Assembly: GCA_013265495.1 (NCBI GenBank)
Contig: MU058257.1
Span: 1,691,262-1,755,261 of the forward strand
Direction of reading: 5' to 3'
DNA: 64,000 nt
From: Vicugna vicugna
Taxonomy: Eukaryota
Shown here in pieces: positions 26,770-40,303 of the stretch (the stretch's first letter is position 1; each line of letters begins with the position of its first letter). Below the pieces are notes generated by a model, which was not told the origin of the DNA, did not search any database, and saw only the letters and a program-made list of their open reading frames with translations. Made by a program: the position numbers and the translations under genes.

Positions 26770-28738
26770 CAGGAAAGGAAATAAAAGGCGCCCAAGCTGT
26801 AAAGGAAAAAGCAAACTGTCTCTGTTCACAGATGACATGTTACAGAAAACCCTAAAGGCACCACCGAAAACCTGTGAGAACTAATAAATTCAATCAAGCT
26901 GCAGGCTGCAAATCAATACACAAAAATCTGCTGCGTTTCTGTACACCATTAACAAACTACCTGAAACAGAAATGAAGATAATAACCCCGTTTACAGTAGC
27001 ATCAAAAACAGCAAAATCCTTAGGAATAAATTTACCCAAGGAGGTGAGAGATTGATGAAAAAACTGAAGACACAAATAAATAGAAGAATTAATACGGCGG
27101 ATATGCCCACTCCCCCCCCAAAGCCATCTGTAGATTCAACCCAATCCCTTTCAAAATTCCAATGGCATTTTTCACAGACACCGGAAAAAAAAAAAATTCA
27201 TGCAGAATCACAAAGGACCCCCAAGAGCCGGAGCAATCTTGAGAGACAAGAGCAAAGCTGATGGCATCATGTGCTGGTTTCAGGCTCTACTGCAGAGCTG
27301 CAGTGAAACAAACAGACACAAAGGCCAACAGAACAGGACTGAACGTTCAAAAGTAAACCCTCACATACAGACACCAAGGAATTTTCCCCTTTTTCAGTGG
27401 GGAAAGGGTGGCCTCCTCAATACGAGATGCTGGGAAAGCAGATGCCCACAGGCAAAGGATGAAACTGAACCCCGACCCTACACCACACACAAAAATAACT
27501 CAAAATGGATTCATGACTCAAATGTAAGACCTAAAACCTATTTTAAAGAAAATAGGGAAAAAAGCTTCTCGATATTGGTCTTGGCAGTGATTTTCTTTGG
27601 AATATGACACTACAAGCAGCAAGATAAAGATAAACAAGCGGGACTGCGTCAAACTGAAAAGCTTCTGCACAGCACAGGAAACTATCAACAAAATGAAAAG
27701 GCAGCCTAAGGGATGAGAGACAGTATTTGCAAACCCATATCTGGTAAGGGGCTAATGGCCAAGACATATAAGGAATTCATACAATTCAACAGCCACCGAA
27801 AAAAAAAATCTGATTTTAAAATGGGCAAAAGACCTGAATAGTCATTTTCCCAAAGAAGACACACAGAGGGCCAACAGGTACCTGCAAAGGCGCTCAACAC
27901 CCCTAATCCTCAGAGAAACGCAGATCCAAACCATGGTGAGATGTCACCTCACAGCTGCAGAACGTCCATCGCCAAGAAGGCAGTGAAAACTAGTGCTGGC
28001 CAGGACGTGGAGGAAGGGGAGCCATGCACTCTGCTGGTGAGAAGGTAAACTAGTGCAGCCTCCACGGTATGGAGGTTCCTCAAAAAAATTTAAAACAGAA
28101 CTACCACAGGATCCAGCAATGCCACTCCTGGGTGGGACCCAGAGACAATGAAACCACTGTCTTGCAGAGACCTCTGCCCCCACATGCACTGCAGCACTGT
28201 TCACAGCAGCCCCGTGTGGAGGCACCCCAGTGTCCATGGGTGGATCCGGGGATGGAGACAACGTGGTGTGAGTGTGCAGTGGAATATGACTCAGCCAGGA
28301 GCAAGAGCTCCCTGCCGTTCGTGACAATATGGGCAAACCTGGGGGGGGGGGTGTTACATACCGACTCATACGTGAAAACTAAAGAAGCTGAACTCAGAAA
28401 CAGGGAGCAGACTGGTGGTCACCAGAGGATGGAGCAGGCAGGGAATGCGGAGATTCTGGTCCGAGAGCAAAAACTTCCAGGAAGCGATGACTAGGTCCTG
28501 GCACACAGTGCAGAGCATGGTGACTGCGATTAACAAAGCTATACTGTACGCTAGAAAGTCACAAAGTCAGTAGATCTGAAATGCTAACACACACACACAC
28601 ACACACACACACGGTAATCCTGTGAGGTGATGGATGTGTTCACCAACCTTAGTCTGGCCATCGTTATAAAACATGCAAAGTCACATTGTTCACCTTAAAC
28701 TCACAGCACTACATGTCAATCACATCTCAACAAAGGTG
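26770..28738 (+). mobile_element. 5'-truncated LINE-1 (~2 kb; RT domain to 3'UTR; L1MA/L1MB-like), frameshifted and internally deleted
   Basis: Encodes KLSLFTDDM (L1 RT LSLFADDM motif) near 26813-26840; contains aaatcaatacacaaaaatc, aaactgaaaagcttctgcacagca, gatccagcaatgccactcctggg and 3'UTR motifs ending catgtcaatcacatctcaacaaag. Confidence 0.92.
28587..28612. repeat. (AC)13 microsatellite inside the L1 3'UTR
   Basis: Directly visible. Confidence 0.95.
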
Positions 28739-31700
28739 GAGGCAGTGAGCACGGACCCACACGGCACGTAAACACGAGATTGTGCGACAAGCCCTGTACC
28801 GTCTGCGTGCGTTAAAATGGGCCTCACTGACACGTACAGGGTAAGTGAAAGAGGCACAAAGGCCTTCTCTAATTCTGTTTTTTAACTTAGACTGCTTTAA
28901 GAAAGATTTTAAGCAGCAAATGTATATAATTTTTTTCTAGAAGTTCGCCCAAAGGTATTCAGATTTAATGGCTTTTACAGAATACTCACTGCAGTGCTGG
29001 TGACTGCCTGGGGAGACCAGAAGTGCAGGGAGAGCTCACGGATTCCCTCAGAACAAGGCAAGACCCCCTCTCCCCACACATGAGTCCCTTCTGTAGTAAA
29101 GCGGGTCCGCGGGCCGCTGGGACCAGCCTGGAGAAGGCACTGTACTTACAAACACAGCACTACCGAATTTCCTGCTCCACATTATGAAACAGTATCACTT
29201 CTCATGTAAATCTAAAAGAATTGCAAAGCGTTAAAAAAAAAAAAACACTCCACTGTGGGGAGACATGTACAGAATGTGTATATGTGTCTCAGATTTTTAT
29301 TCCATTTACTGCCGACATAACATTTTTAGGCTGCAAAACCTTGCAAAGCCGTCCGCAGGGACTGATATTGAACAGAAACAAGCAAAATCCAACACCATCT
29401 CTCTGTGCCTTTGGGGTTTCCAGGGTCCAACCTGCCAGCCACACGCCCAGGGCCGAGGCCCCGCAGCCAGAGACTGACACAAGCCAGGACCCAGAGGACC
29501 GGGTCTGCACCAGCTCAGGGGGAGCCCTTCCCACGGGTACCAGCAGGCCCCCAGGGCCGGCTCTGCACCCTGACCCCGTCTGCCCACCGAGACAGGTGCA
29601 GCCAGTGCTGCCGACGGGGCCAAGGGCAGCCACAGAGGGACCGTCTCCAGGAGCCCAGACCAGACACACATCCCTGTGCACCTAGGGCCCCGGAATTCCT
29701 CACAGCAGCTCACTCCAGGCAGTGATCTACAGAATGAGGATAAAAAAGACACCTTTCTCAAGGTCGGGTCCTCGTGTGGAATCCCCCAACCGATGGGCAG
29801 TGGCATCCCTGGGCCCGAGGGGCCCTGACAGCCTCCTCAGGGACAGGGAAGCTGGAATCCAATGTCTCGCGTAGTTTATGAAACCTAAGAGATTCATTTC
29901 CTGAATAAGCGCGAGTGAAAATACATATTTTAAATGAGTAAAAGAAACCCTGTGTCTTGCACCACGTTTCCTCGCGGTGCTGGGATTCACCCCATTGTCC
30001 AAGCCTGGGGCTGGGGGATGTGGGGAGGGGGCGTCTGTCACGATCGGACCAGCAGGCAGTGCGGAGGGTGTAAAGAAAATGCCAGTAACTGCAGGTCCCA
30101 GGCAACGGGATTCCAGACAGCGCAGCCACCAAAAGCTACTGAGAATCTCTTGCAGGCAAGTGTTCTCGGCAGCACGTGAAGGAACCAATCAGAAATAGTG
30201 GCCGGGGGACAGGCCTGCCCTGGGCGCCTGGTCTTGTCCCAGAGCCTAGGGCTCAGAGCATCTCCAGCCCGCCCCCCGGGGCTCCGGGCCTCTGTCCGTG
30301 GGGGCAGGGAGCTGGCACCGCTCAGCCTCCCGGCCTTCACAGGCACTCAGGCTGGGAGCCGGCAGGGCCGCCACGTTCCCAGGGGGCCTGATGCCAAGGC
30401 AGGCCCAGAGCTGTCTCTGGGGCTCGGGCCCCAAACTCAGCCCACAGACTCTGCCCCTGGCCCTGAGGGTGACCCGGACCTGCGCACAGTGACGGGGCCA
30501 GGAGGCTGACAGGCCAGGCACAGCCAGGCCTCTCCAGCTCCTGGAAGTGGGACAATGAATGAATGAAAACTCCCCTAAGAAATGGGGCAGGAGGGGGAGA
30601 CATACTGTGAGAAGAGATTACAAACTGATTAACGGTTTTTTAGAGCAAACTATTCAAACGTGTTATTATAGCCGACACGTTCTAATTCTCCCGTTACTCA
30701 GAGAATATTTTACTACCATGAGTAAAACTGGAGGCTAAAATCTGAAATGGAAAAGAAAATCGCTTTAACGGATAGGCTCTCTGGAGAGTCGCTGGGACAA
30801 TACTGGAGCCTGATGAAAGCACGTGGCACAGCCACCAGGACGTGACCTTCCAAGACACGGAGCAGAAACACGCCTGCTCACAAGAGCTGGAAGCACTGAG
30901 CATGTGGTTACAGTCAAAAAAAATAAACTGGTTTTCCTAAACAGCTGTCATTAGTAACTTCTCATTTTTGTTTCTGGATTAGTTCAGATGAGTGGCTACA
31001 ATTAACCAAACTTTTTTTTTGGGGGGGGGACCATAATTAAGTCCAGGTAGATGAAAAACAGACTCCCACCCCTCATGAATAGTTTAGAAAATAATGTCCT
31101 TTTTATGGAAATTTTGCCCTAACGCTTTCTCTCCTGTCCAAATAATTTCCCAGTTGCATTTCAAATTAAACTCCTATGTTTTCATCTCTCCCCGGGGTGT
31201 TCTTCCACATTACGACGTACTTTAATACGAGCAAATGATGGCAAGGCTATAAAGTGTTATTTCTCACTGGAAATGGTCATTAATACCACTTCATACCTCA
31301 GAGAGCGTAACAGTAATTCGGTAATAAAACCAAGCGTGATCACCGCCCACTAAGAACCCAGGAGGAGTTCTCTGGCCGTGACTCGATGGAATGCTGACCG
31401 CGGCTCCGACGCAGTGCCCCCAGGCCTCTGATGGCACTGCTGCCCCCAGCTCCCCGCTTCATCTCCTCTCCCGGTCCTCTGGCACCAGGGCCACACGCCT
31501 CCCTCATTCTTTGGAAATGGGGAAGTATTTGCTCTTATTTAAGCAGAGAGCTTCACTGATTATCCTTTCGCCTGGATACTGCCACGCACTTGACGAGGAA
31601 GGGCAGCTGGGTAAGTCACTGTAAACAGAGCCAGACGGCCCTCCACCCGTGGACGCGGGTTCTGCCCGCACGCAGCGGAATCTTGTGGACCGGCACCCAG

Positions 31701-34700
31701 ACGCAGCCCTCCCCACAGCGATGGCCACTGTGAGCTCTGGGGACAGGGCCCTGTCCGCTCACCACCCACCTCGCTGCTGGGCCTGGAGGAAACGGTGCAA
31801 GCACCCACAAACACACCCGTGGATGGCAGCGTGGCTGAGTTAAAAAAGATGGCGACTTCAGAACATCTGCGGCCCTATCGTTGCAATCCACTGACTTCAG
31901 CTGCTCTGTTTCCTAAGACATCACTGGTACTAGTTCAAAGCAGCGACAGTGGAATGTTTAAAGCAACCCCCCACCCAACCCCCGGGAACAGATCCGGACA
32001 TGGCGGTCAAATCCAGGACACCCGAAGCCTGCTGGCCGCAGGTCAGCCCTGCCCGGATGCAGTCGGGGCGCCAGGCTGACACGCAGCCGTAGCCTCCTTG
32101 CCTCCTGATTTTCCAGCTAAAATGCAAGCAAGCAGAACACACTTCACTGTCTTCTAACCAACATTAGCAGCTGCAAACATCCTGCCAGAGAAACCCCAGG
32201 ACAAGTCAGCTTTTGAAAACGTTCAATCAAGAAATGATGAACGTCTATGGAACCCGCGCTTTGCACCGTCTGAGATCCCAGCCAGGGGGACACACGCTGA
32301 CCCCCAAGAACAGGGGCACCGAGCAGGCGCCGCGTCAGTGTTCTCGGCACAGAGACCCACCCTGGGTGGACCCTCGACACGCAAAGCTCACCGAAAACAC
32401 CACCCCGCGTTCGTTCATGAACAGAAACACGCCCTCCCTCCCGGTACCGCCAGGGGGCGCGCACCCGGGCCGAGGACTGCACGTAATCAGGCTGAAACTT
32501 CCCCTAATGCTGTGTCATCGTAAAACGCATGTGGGAACCCAAGACTAAAAACCCGTAAAGCCACGCTGAGCCGCAGAGTGACGGTAATGAACGCAACGAC
32601 GACAGCTTCAAAGCGACTCTTCAAGGAGCCAGAAGCTTCCATGAGCGCTTTACCGTTTATCTTTAACGCTGACGTGTTTCATCTGAAAACAAACGCCGAG
32701 AGCTGTGTGTGCCCCTCTCCTGCAGGTGGCTGCGGAGGCGGCCACGATGAGACCCCGTGACACTGGGGATCCGAGGGGCCCCACCAAACTGCTAACAGGC
32801 TCCCACGGGCCAGCTGGCACGTGCGGGGCTGCCCATGGGGATGACCTTGGTGCAGTCACTGGCCGTGACTCCTCCGACATGGGACACCGTCGTCGGGTTT
32901 TGCACATGGCAGGGGAGCGATGGACGCTCAGCATTAAACTAAACGGGCCGAGATGGGCCTCCAGGGCTCCTGGTCCCCCGAGTCCTCTGCCCTCGCCTGT
33001 GCGGCCACAGGAAGGGCAACACCAGGCACTGCGTCCCCGAGCGTGACCAGGAGGCCGGGAGGGCCATGCGTCTCGGGGGACGGATTCGCTCGAGCACAGC
33101 GGGGCTGCTGCCTGGGCTGGGGAGGGACCCCAAGGATGAAAAGGCATCTTTTTAAGTTGCCTAAGTATCCAGGAAAGCCTAGAAAAACAAGGGCCTTCAG
33201 GGAGAGCTCAGGAAATGTCCACAACATCAACTCCATGCAGATGCGGCCGAAAAGCCCGGGAACAGGTAGTGAAAACTGAGAAGGGAAGAGCCAGCGCCAC
33301 CACCACACGTGGTGACCTAGCCAACCACTTGGCTCTGGACGATGCAGCCAGGGGCTTCAGCACTTGCCATGTCAGGCCAGAGGGTGGGCTCAGTGCCCTG
33401 CAGCCCAAGTCCTCTCCAATGACCAAGCCCGGGACCCCTGCTGATGGGGAACAAAGCGGAGACACAGCAGGACGGAGCGGGCACCCCCACGTGGCAGCCG
33501 CACGGGGACCAGTACTGCAGTTTGGGGGACACATCCTGTCTCACCGCCTGGCGGGGACACCCTGAGCCCACAGTGTCACCAGGAGGTCAGGTGCATGGAA
33601 AGACAGACAGACAAATTCTAGAGAATAAAACACACTATTAACATCCGGACTCCGGCAACCCTACGTCACAAATGTGCCAACTCCTCCACTGTAACAAGGA
33701 GCCCAGAGGAAGGTAACCGACTGTATAAGTGGGTCAGACCTGGGCTTGTGATGCAGAGATTTGCATTTCAAATAAAAAGCTGGTGGCTCCGGCAGAGACA
33801 GTGAAGAGGTGGGAGTATTAAAACAGAAGTGCTCATTTAAGTGACAAGCCCTAGGGCTCTGGGCAGGGACAAAAAATAAAACAGACGAAGCACGCATCCG
33901 AGAGAGAGAAATCTGTTAGCTTGGATCACTTTTAAGGAAGAGAAAGATCTGGAGGGTCTTATGTAAGGCATAATACTCAGAAAAATTAACATTGTGGGCA
34001 AGTGACAGGACTCCGTTGTCTAGGATGGAACAACTTACATTCAAGCATGAAAAAGGAGACAGTGTGGGAGCAGAGCCACCTGACAAGCAAGCCTGGCGGT
34101 CGGACGTGCAACCTGGGAAAACCGAGGTTCCTTCCTGCGATCTGCCGGCCAGCCTGTCCCTCACGCGGCCCTCACTACATCACCCGCAGTCCCCACAGAG
34201 ATGTTCGTCACACTTAAGATCTGAAAAAAAATCATATCTTTTCATGTTTTCCTCTGTTGTGACAAACTTCGCCTCCTCTGAAAATAAAGGCTCCCACACG
34301 ACAACAGCACGTGTCCCATGAGCCCAGGAGGAGGGGTCTGGAAGGGAGTGGGGAGACTGCACCCCGCAGAACAGCTCCATGCACAACGCAGCTGCGGACG
34401 GGACCTCAGACCCCGGCCACCCCAGAGGAACCTGCCGCGGCCCCAGGCGTGCCCACTGGGCACCGGCTGCGAAGGAAGAGCTGCTCTCTGTGACACGTTA
34501 CCTGGAGGTGCGACTACAGGGCAGGAGGAGAGAAATCCAGAAGAGAAACGAGCCGGTGCAACAGACACACGCCCACTGACGGCAGCATCCTCACAGCTGC
34601 CTCCCGTTAACAGAGGCGCGAGTTAGCAATTCACACCTTGTCTTTATTAACTGCTCTAACAGTAAACTGACAAGCTTTATAAAAATATGAGTGTGATTAC

Positions 34701-34899
34701 ATGGTTCTAATAGGGATTATGTGAAAACAAACACATTTGGTGCCAATAAAATTATGAAAAAAAAAACAGTTCAGAGAAGCATCATAAAGATATCTCCACT
34801 GCTGGCCTCTGGGAACAGCTACACAGACGCACAAAAATGAAGGAACGACAGCAAACGTGTTTAAGGACTTACACGTCACCCACCGCACACTGATTCCAC

Positions 34900-35040
34900 C
34901 CCCTTGTAAGACACACTATTTTTATCACCGCCGTTTTGCAGATGCACTGAAAGGTTAAGTAACTTGCCCATGGTCACACAGCCAGAAAGCTGAGTTGAAC
35001 TCAGGCCATTTGAATCCTGACTCACTCTAGAACCCAAGAC
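34900..35040 (-). mobile_element. MIR SINE fragment
   Basis: ttttgcagatgcactgaaaggttaagtaacttgcccatggtcacacagcca...gccatttgaatcc matches the MIR core. Confidence 0.85.
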
Positions 35041-36946
35041 GCACAGCCTGCATTTCTGTGGAAAAATATCTGTGCCCCTCAACGGAGCAGCAGACATTTC
35101 ACCGATAAAAAACAAAGACAGGTCATTGTGGTTGCCATGCTGCTAACTCAGGTCCACTACACACCAAACCATCACAGAATCTGTTCACCTCTCGTTTCTC
35201 CATCGCCTTCTGGACCAGCACATGCTGCTTTTTCCTAAACTCGGCTCTGACGTCTGCTCTCAGGGTTTTCCGTTCCAGGCTCTTGCCGGCTGCTCTCCAG
35301 TGAGGATGGTCCACTGCTACATGGACACACTGCGAGCTTCTTCGCACCTGCCCTTCCCTAACTCTGACGCTCAAACACCGTGACCCTCGTCTCTTCTCTC
35401 TAAAATCACAGTCCACCCCCAAATGCTCATGCCTGCTTCCAGTAAGAACCATGAAATCAAGCACTTAAAAAAATCACCATATATTCTTTCCCACCATGAA
35501 AATATAAAAGCACAGGACACATGCTTTTCAGAGCCCAACACCCTGCCCAGCATTTGTTAAGCACAACTTTGAAAGGTATTTGCCATTCAGACCTGTTGTT
35601 AGAAAAACAGCCGCTTCCCCCGTGTAACAAGGTGACTTTTCTGCACTCCAACCTGCTCACTCTCCAGCCCCGCCTCCATTACAGTGTTCAGAAGAAAAGC
35701 AAGCTTGGCTTCTTATCAAACCCTACAAACCCCTAAAAAGTAGAGGCTGAACTGTACCGAACACAAAGCCTTTATGAGAATGTCTCTTTCAGGGCCACCT
35801 GTTAACGCTTTCACATTGCATTTTTCCTGGTCACACAGAACCGCGGTTGGGGGGCTCCTGGGGGCATGACATCACTACAAAACCTGCGCAAGAGGGCAGA
35901 ACGCAGAGGGGAGCAGATAAAGGACGGAGAACTCTGAAGCCATTCTCAGTCTTAAAAACAGCCGTGACATTACGTGACCAGTCGCTTTCCCGAGGGCCTT
36001 GGGGATACAACGCGGACAGTGCCCACCAGGGGGAGCCCATGGGCCCACCTCTGAGGTACCTGGAGGCTGGGAAACGGCTTCAACTTTAAATTCCACGAAG
36101 ACAAGCCACCAGGAAGGGAGTGAACAAATGTGAAGAGAAGCAGAAGGAGCAGTGAAATAAAGCAGAAAAGAGAACAGAAATCCCCTCTGCTCCTCAGAAC
36201 TGAATTCAAAAACCAAAAGGACATTTTCAGTGTCGTCTTCAGCATGAGCTCAAAACAAACATTCGAGAAGGAAGACTTGAAAACAGCCCTCTCACATAGT
36301 AGTCAAAAGTCAAAAGAAATTGTTACGACATACAAATTTGAGACAGAAGAGGGGAAAAAGAGCATTTTCTTTAAAATTCCCTTCCTTTGTCAAATTTAGT
36401 TTCTACAATCACCTTCACGTGTCACCAAAAAAAATAGTAATGTTAACAGAGTGGTGGTAAACCCGTTCTTCTACAGTAACATTAGCTCTCTCAGCCTCCC
36501 TCCACTATTTTGTGTTTTATTTTTAACCTTCAAATTTTTTTAAAAAAAAATATGGAACACATCTCATTCCAGTATTTTCCAGATAACTGACCTTGATCCC
36601 AGGAGCTGGGATCTGATTATACTGTCAGTAAAGACTGAAATGTGGCTACTAGAGATGTAATCATAGAGGCTCAAGTTTTCATACTACTGATGCACGTTAA
36701 TTAAAACTTGGCACAGCTGAAGGATTGGGGGACACACGAAAAGGAAGGTGGCGTGCATTTCATACCGAGTGCAGGGTGACCATCACCTCTTCTGGATAAA
36801 GACGTTCAGAGGAAGGTTCCAGAGCTGTGTCCACAGTCACTTTAATCACCGTTCAACACAAAAGGACCAATCATCAAAATCCAGAGGGGTTTGCTTGCTA
36901 TTATGCTGTTAGAGTGCTCACCAGGTACTTCCAAATGCTTCCCAGG

Positions 36947-37852
36947 GACAGTGATTACGCATCTGGTGATGGTGACCTACTTGTGGCTGCCGAGCCTCCT
37001 GGGATGGTCTTTTCCACTAACTACGCACACGCTGGGAACTGGGAGCGAGTCTGTGTTGTGAGCGATAACTCAAAACGCGGGAGGAGTCAGAAGCCGACAG
37101 GGGCAGCTCCCTGCTGTCCCGACTGTGATCTGGATTCCGGCCTCACTAGTGCTCTGGGGTCGGGGAACAGATGCCACATGAAAACTGCAAAAGCACCGAG
37201 CGGAGGCGTGCAAGACGCTCGATGTCAACACGCAGGGAGGAAACAGCCTCGCATTAAACACGCACAACTGTGCCTGCGGGAGCAGCACGTGCCACGCTCT
37301 GGAAGGACTTATGCTTTGATGCAAACTCTGACCCTAAACCTGTGCAACAGCGACCAGGTCTTTTGGATCCTTGGCAGAAGCACAAATAAGAAAAGCCAGA
37401 CAGTGACAGTGATTACGCATCTGGTGATGGTGACCTACCTGTAGCTGCCGAGCCTCCTGGGATGGTCTCTTCCACTAACTACGCTGGGAACTGGGAGCAA
37501 GTCTGTGTTGTGAGCGATAACTCAAAATGCGGGAGGAGTCAGAAGCCGACAGGGGCAGCTCCCTGCTGTCCCGACTGTGATCTGGATTCCGGCCTCGCTA
37601 GTGCTCTGGGGTCGGGGAACAGGTGCCACATAAAAACTGCAAAAGCACCGAGCGGAGGCGTGCAATGGGCTCGATGTCAACACGCGGGGAGGAAACAGCC
37701 TCGCATTAAACACTCACAACTGTGCCTGCGGGAGCAGCACGTGCCACGCTCTGGAAGGACTTATGCTTTGATGCAAACTCTGACCCTAAACCTGTGCAAC
37801 AGCGACCAGGTCTTTTGGATCCTTGGCAGAAGCACAAATAAGAAAAGCCAGA
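36947..37852. repeat. Head-to-tail tandem duplication, 454 bp (36947-37400) and 448 bp (37405-37852), ~97% identical
   Basis: Both copies run gacagtgattacgcatctggtgatgg ... cacaaataagaaaagccaga; by eye about 13 substitutions and one 6-bp indel. Confidence 0.97.
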
Positions 37853-38855
37853 ATGAGGAACATGCACACTTCCATGCACTGTTTCACGCTTCCTTAACCT
37901 GGGGTGAGAAGAAAGGAATTTAGGCATTCATTTGATAAAAAAATTATTTAAAAAAGAAAGTCCACTTGAAGTGCATGAAAATCAGCTGACACTTGTTTAT
38001 TCTAAATGGATTAAGCAGTGTTCCCAACAGCTGTAAATTTTACTAATTACTTCATGGGGCCAACTCCTGCCTTCTTCCAGCTTCATTTTAACTTTATGGA
38101 GCTTAATAAAGAAATCATTCCATTTTTTAAAAGACTGGGATTTATACCCTTTGGTAAGTATGTGCAAATATGCACTAGTACTAATTCATAATCAGATTAT
38201 TAGTTTAAATTACAGTATTACTTACAGTAAACTCACCAAAATTATTTTATTATCTCATTTGCTTAATCTTGAATATTACTTGATACATGCTGAAAGTACA
38301 GTCAGGGTCCAGTAAGGAAAACAGACATCACCACAGAGAACATGGGGAACCAGGGAACCAGGAGGGCGTGGAGCTGGGGACACGGGACGGGAGGTGGGGT
38401 AGGGGTAGAGCAGAGCCTTGGAGGAGGGTCCCGGCAGCGGGTACCCAGCCCCGGGAGCAGAGGGCGCTGCATGCAGGGGCTGGGATGCGGGCACTGGGCA
38501 GAAGGACCTCCTGCACCAGCAGGGCCTGGCCAGGGGTCTGGTCCCTAGGAGCAGAGGAAGCACTCGGCAGGGCTGGTGCTGGAACCTGGGCCGGGAGCTT
38601 GGCTGTGGACACCTCCCAGGAGCCTGGTGAAGCTGCTTCTGGGGCCGCCAGAAAAACAGCTGAGAACTAGACTCAGCCGTCGTGGAAGGGCCCGCTGGCC
38701 AGTGCTGGCAGGAGCACAAGCCACCAAGAGCAAGCAGGTGCCACCTCCCCGGCCTGCCCTCCCGGGCTCCCCCAGCACCGGGACAGGGAGCAGTGCACGT
38801 GGGGCGAAGGGCGGGCTGGGCGGGCGGACACAGCTTGTCCTGGATGCATCCCCAC

Positions 38856-38978
38856 GCCTCGGTTCCCTCATCTGTGAAATGGAGAAGGTACCAGAACCCA
38901 CTCGTGGAGGGGACCGTCACGTTTGGTGAAACGCAAGGAGTCCTCGTGGCCGTCCCTGGCACACGTAAGTGCTGAATT
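38856..38978 (+). mobile_element. MIR SINE fragment
   Basis: gcctcggttccctcatctgtgaaatggag ... cctggcacacgtaagtgctg. Confidence 0.7.
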
Positions 38979-39929
38979 TACATAGGATATTATTTTCAAA
39001 GTATTTGTTATCTAGTTGTGTACTACCTTATGGCGAGACTCTACCCACAAAATCCACTCTAATAGAAAGATTTCACGCAAAACAAGAGCACACATGAGCA
39101 CTGGCTTGGTCTGAAAAGGAGATGGATGTGAGGGAGCCGGGATGGGGAGACCCTGCGCCTGGGGCAGGCTCGTTGCCAACAAGAAGCCACACATCACCCC
39201 GGCCTGTGCTTCCTCCTCCAAGGAGGGAACCCGCTAAAAATTATTTCTGAAGTTCCTTCCAGTGCTTAAAAATCATACTGTTATAAAAAACTTTTCTGTT
39301 TAATTCCAACTCTGAAACTAATTTCTGACGGTCCTTGTTTTAATTAAGGCTTATCACAGGACAGAAGTCCGGCTGAACCACACACGGTATCTACATAAAT
39401 GCCTGCACTGTTTACTTTTCTCTAAAGATAGGTGATTTTAAACTGAGAATAAAGGTTTTGAACATGAAGTACATTTTAGGCACGGGAGCTGTCAGATGTC
39501 ACGACCGTGCTCAGGGCCACACGGGCACTGTGGTTATGGGGTCCCCCCACCCAGGCCCTACAGCTGAGAGGCACAGCCCAGCTGAGCAGAAAGACTGCCT
39601 GTGAGTATCACGTCTGTCGTCCCCTCACTGCCCTGAACGCACAGCAGTGAACATACGGACAGACGTCTCTGAGGCCCACCCAAGACCCGCCTGAGACAGA
39701 GGTCCGGTGTAGCCACCACAGTACACGGCGGGTGTCACCCACACAAGCTGCACTTGGCCGCGTCCAGGCTGAAGAACTGTCAACACGACACGGAGGCTCT
39801 GCGTCCCGCTGCGGAGTTCTAAGCCGCTCTTGTGCTGCCTCCCAGTCCGCCCTTCACAGTCCATGCCGGCCTGAAGGGCAGCCCCTGCTGACCTCAGGAA
39901 AGAGGAATGTAAACAAGTGTGACTTTTAG

Positions 39930-40303
39930 CAGACACACCACTGTATATAAACTAAACAGCAAGGCCCCGCTGTACAGCCCTGGGAGCTGCAGTCAGTACC
40001 TTGCAGTAACCTACAGAGGAGAAGAACACGTATCCGTGTGTAACTGAGTCACGACGCTGTGCCCCAGAAACACAACACTGTTCATCAACTACACTCGAAC
40101 TGAAAGATAAAATTAAAACATACTGTATATAAAGCAGATGACCAGCAAGGTCCCACTGTACTGCACAGGGAACTACACTCACTATGTTGTAATAACCTAA
40201 AATGGAAAAGAATGTGAAATACGTGTGCACGACTGAATCACCATGCTGTACACCAGAAACTAACAGGACGTTGCAAATCAACTCCACTTCAAAATAAATA
40301 AGC
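39930..40303 (+). mobile_element. Two adjacent short L1 3'-terminal fragments (~39930-40118 and ~40119-40303)
   Basis: Each runs actgtatataaa...agcaagg.ccc.ctgtac...gtaactgagtcac/gactgaatcac...tcaact.cact.. plus an A-rich tail; homologous to 62215-62400 and 21070-21260. Confidence 0.85.

Noticed and set aside
31012..31042. T9-G9-accataattaag resembling the tail of a truncated vic-1-like SINE
   Set aside because: Too short, no TSD and no tRNA-derived head.
36827..37923. Pair of near-identical Cys-rich ORFs suggesting a gene duplication
   Set aside because: Explained by the tandem duplication; no recognisable protein, antisense to PARD3, no splice or promoter support.
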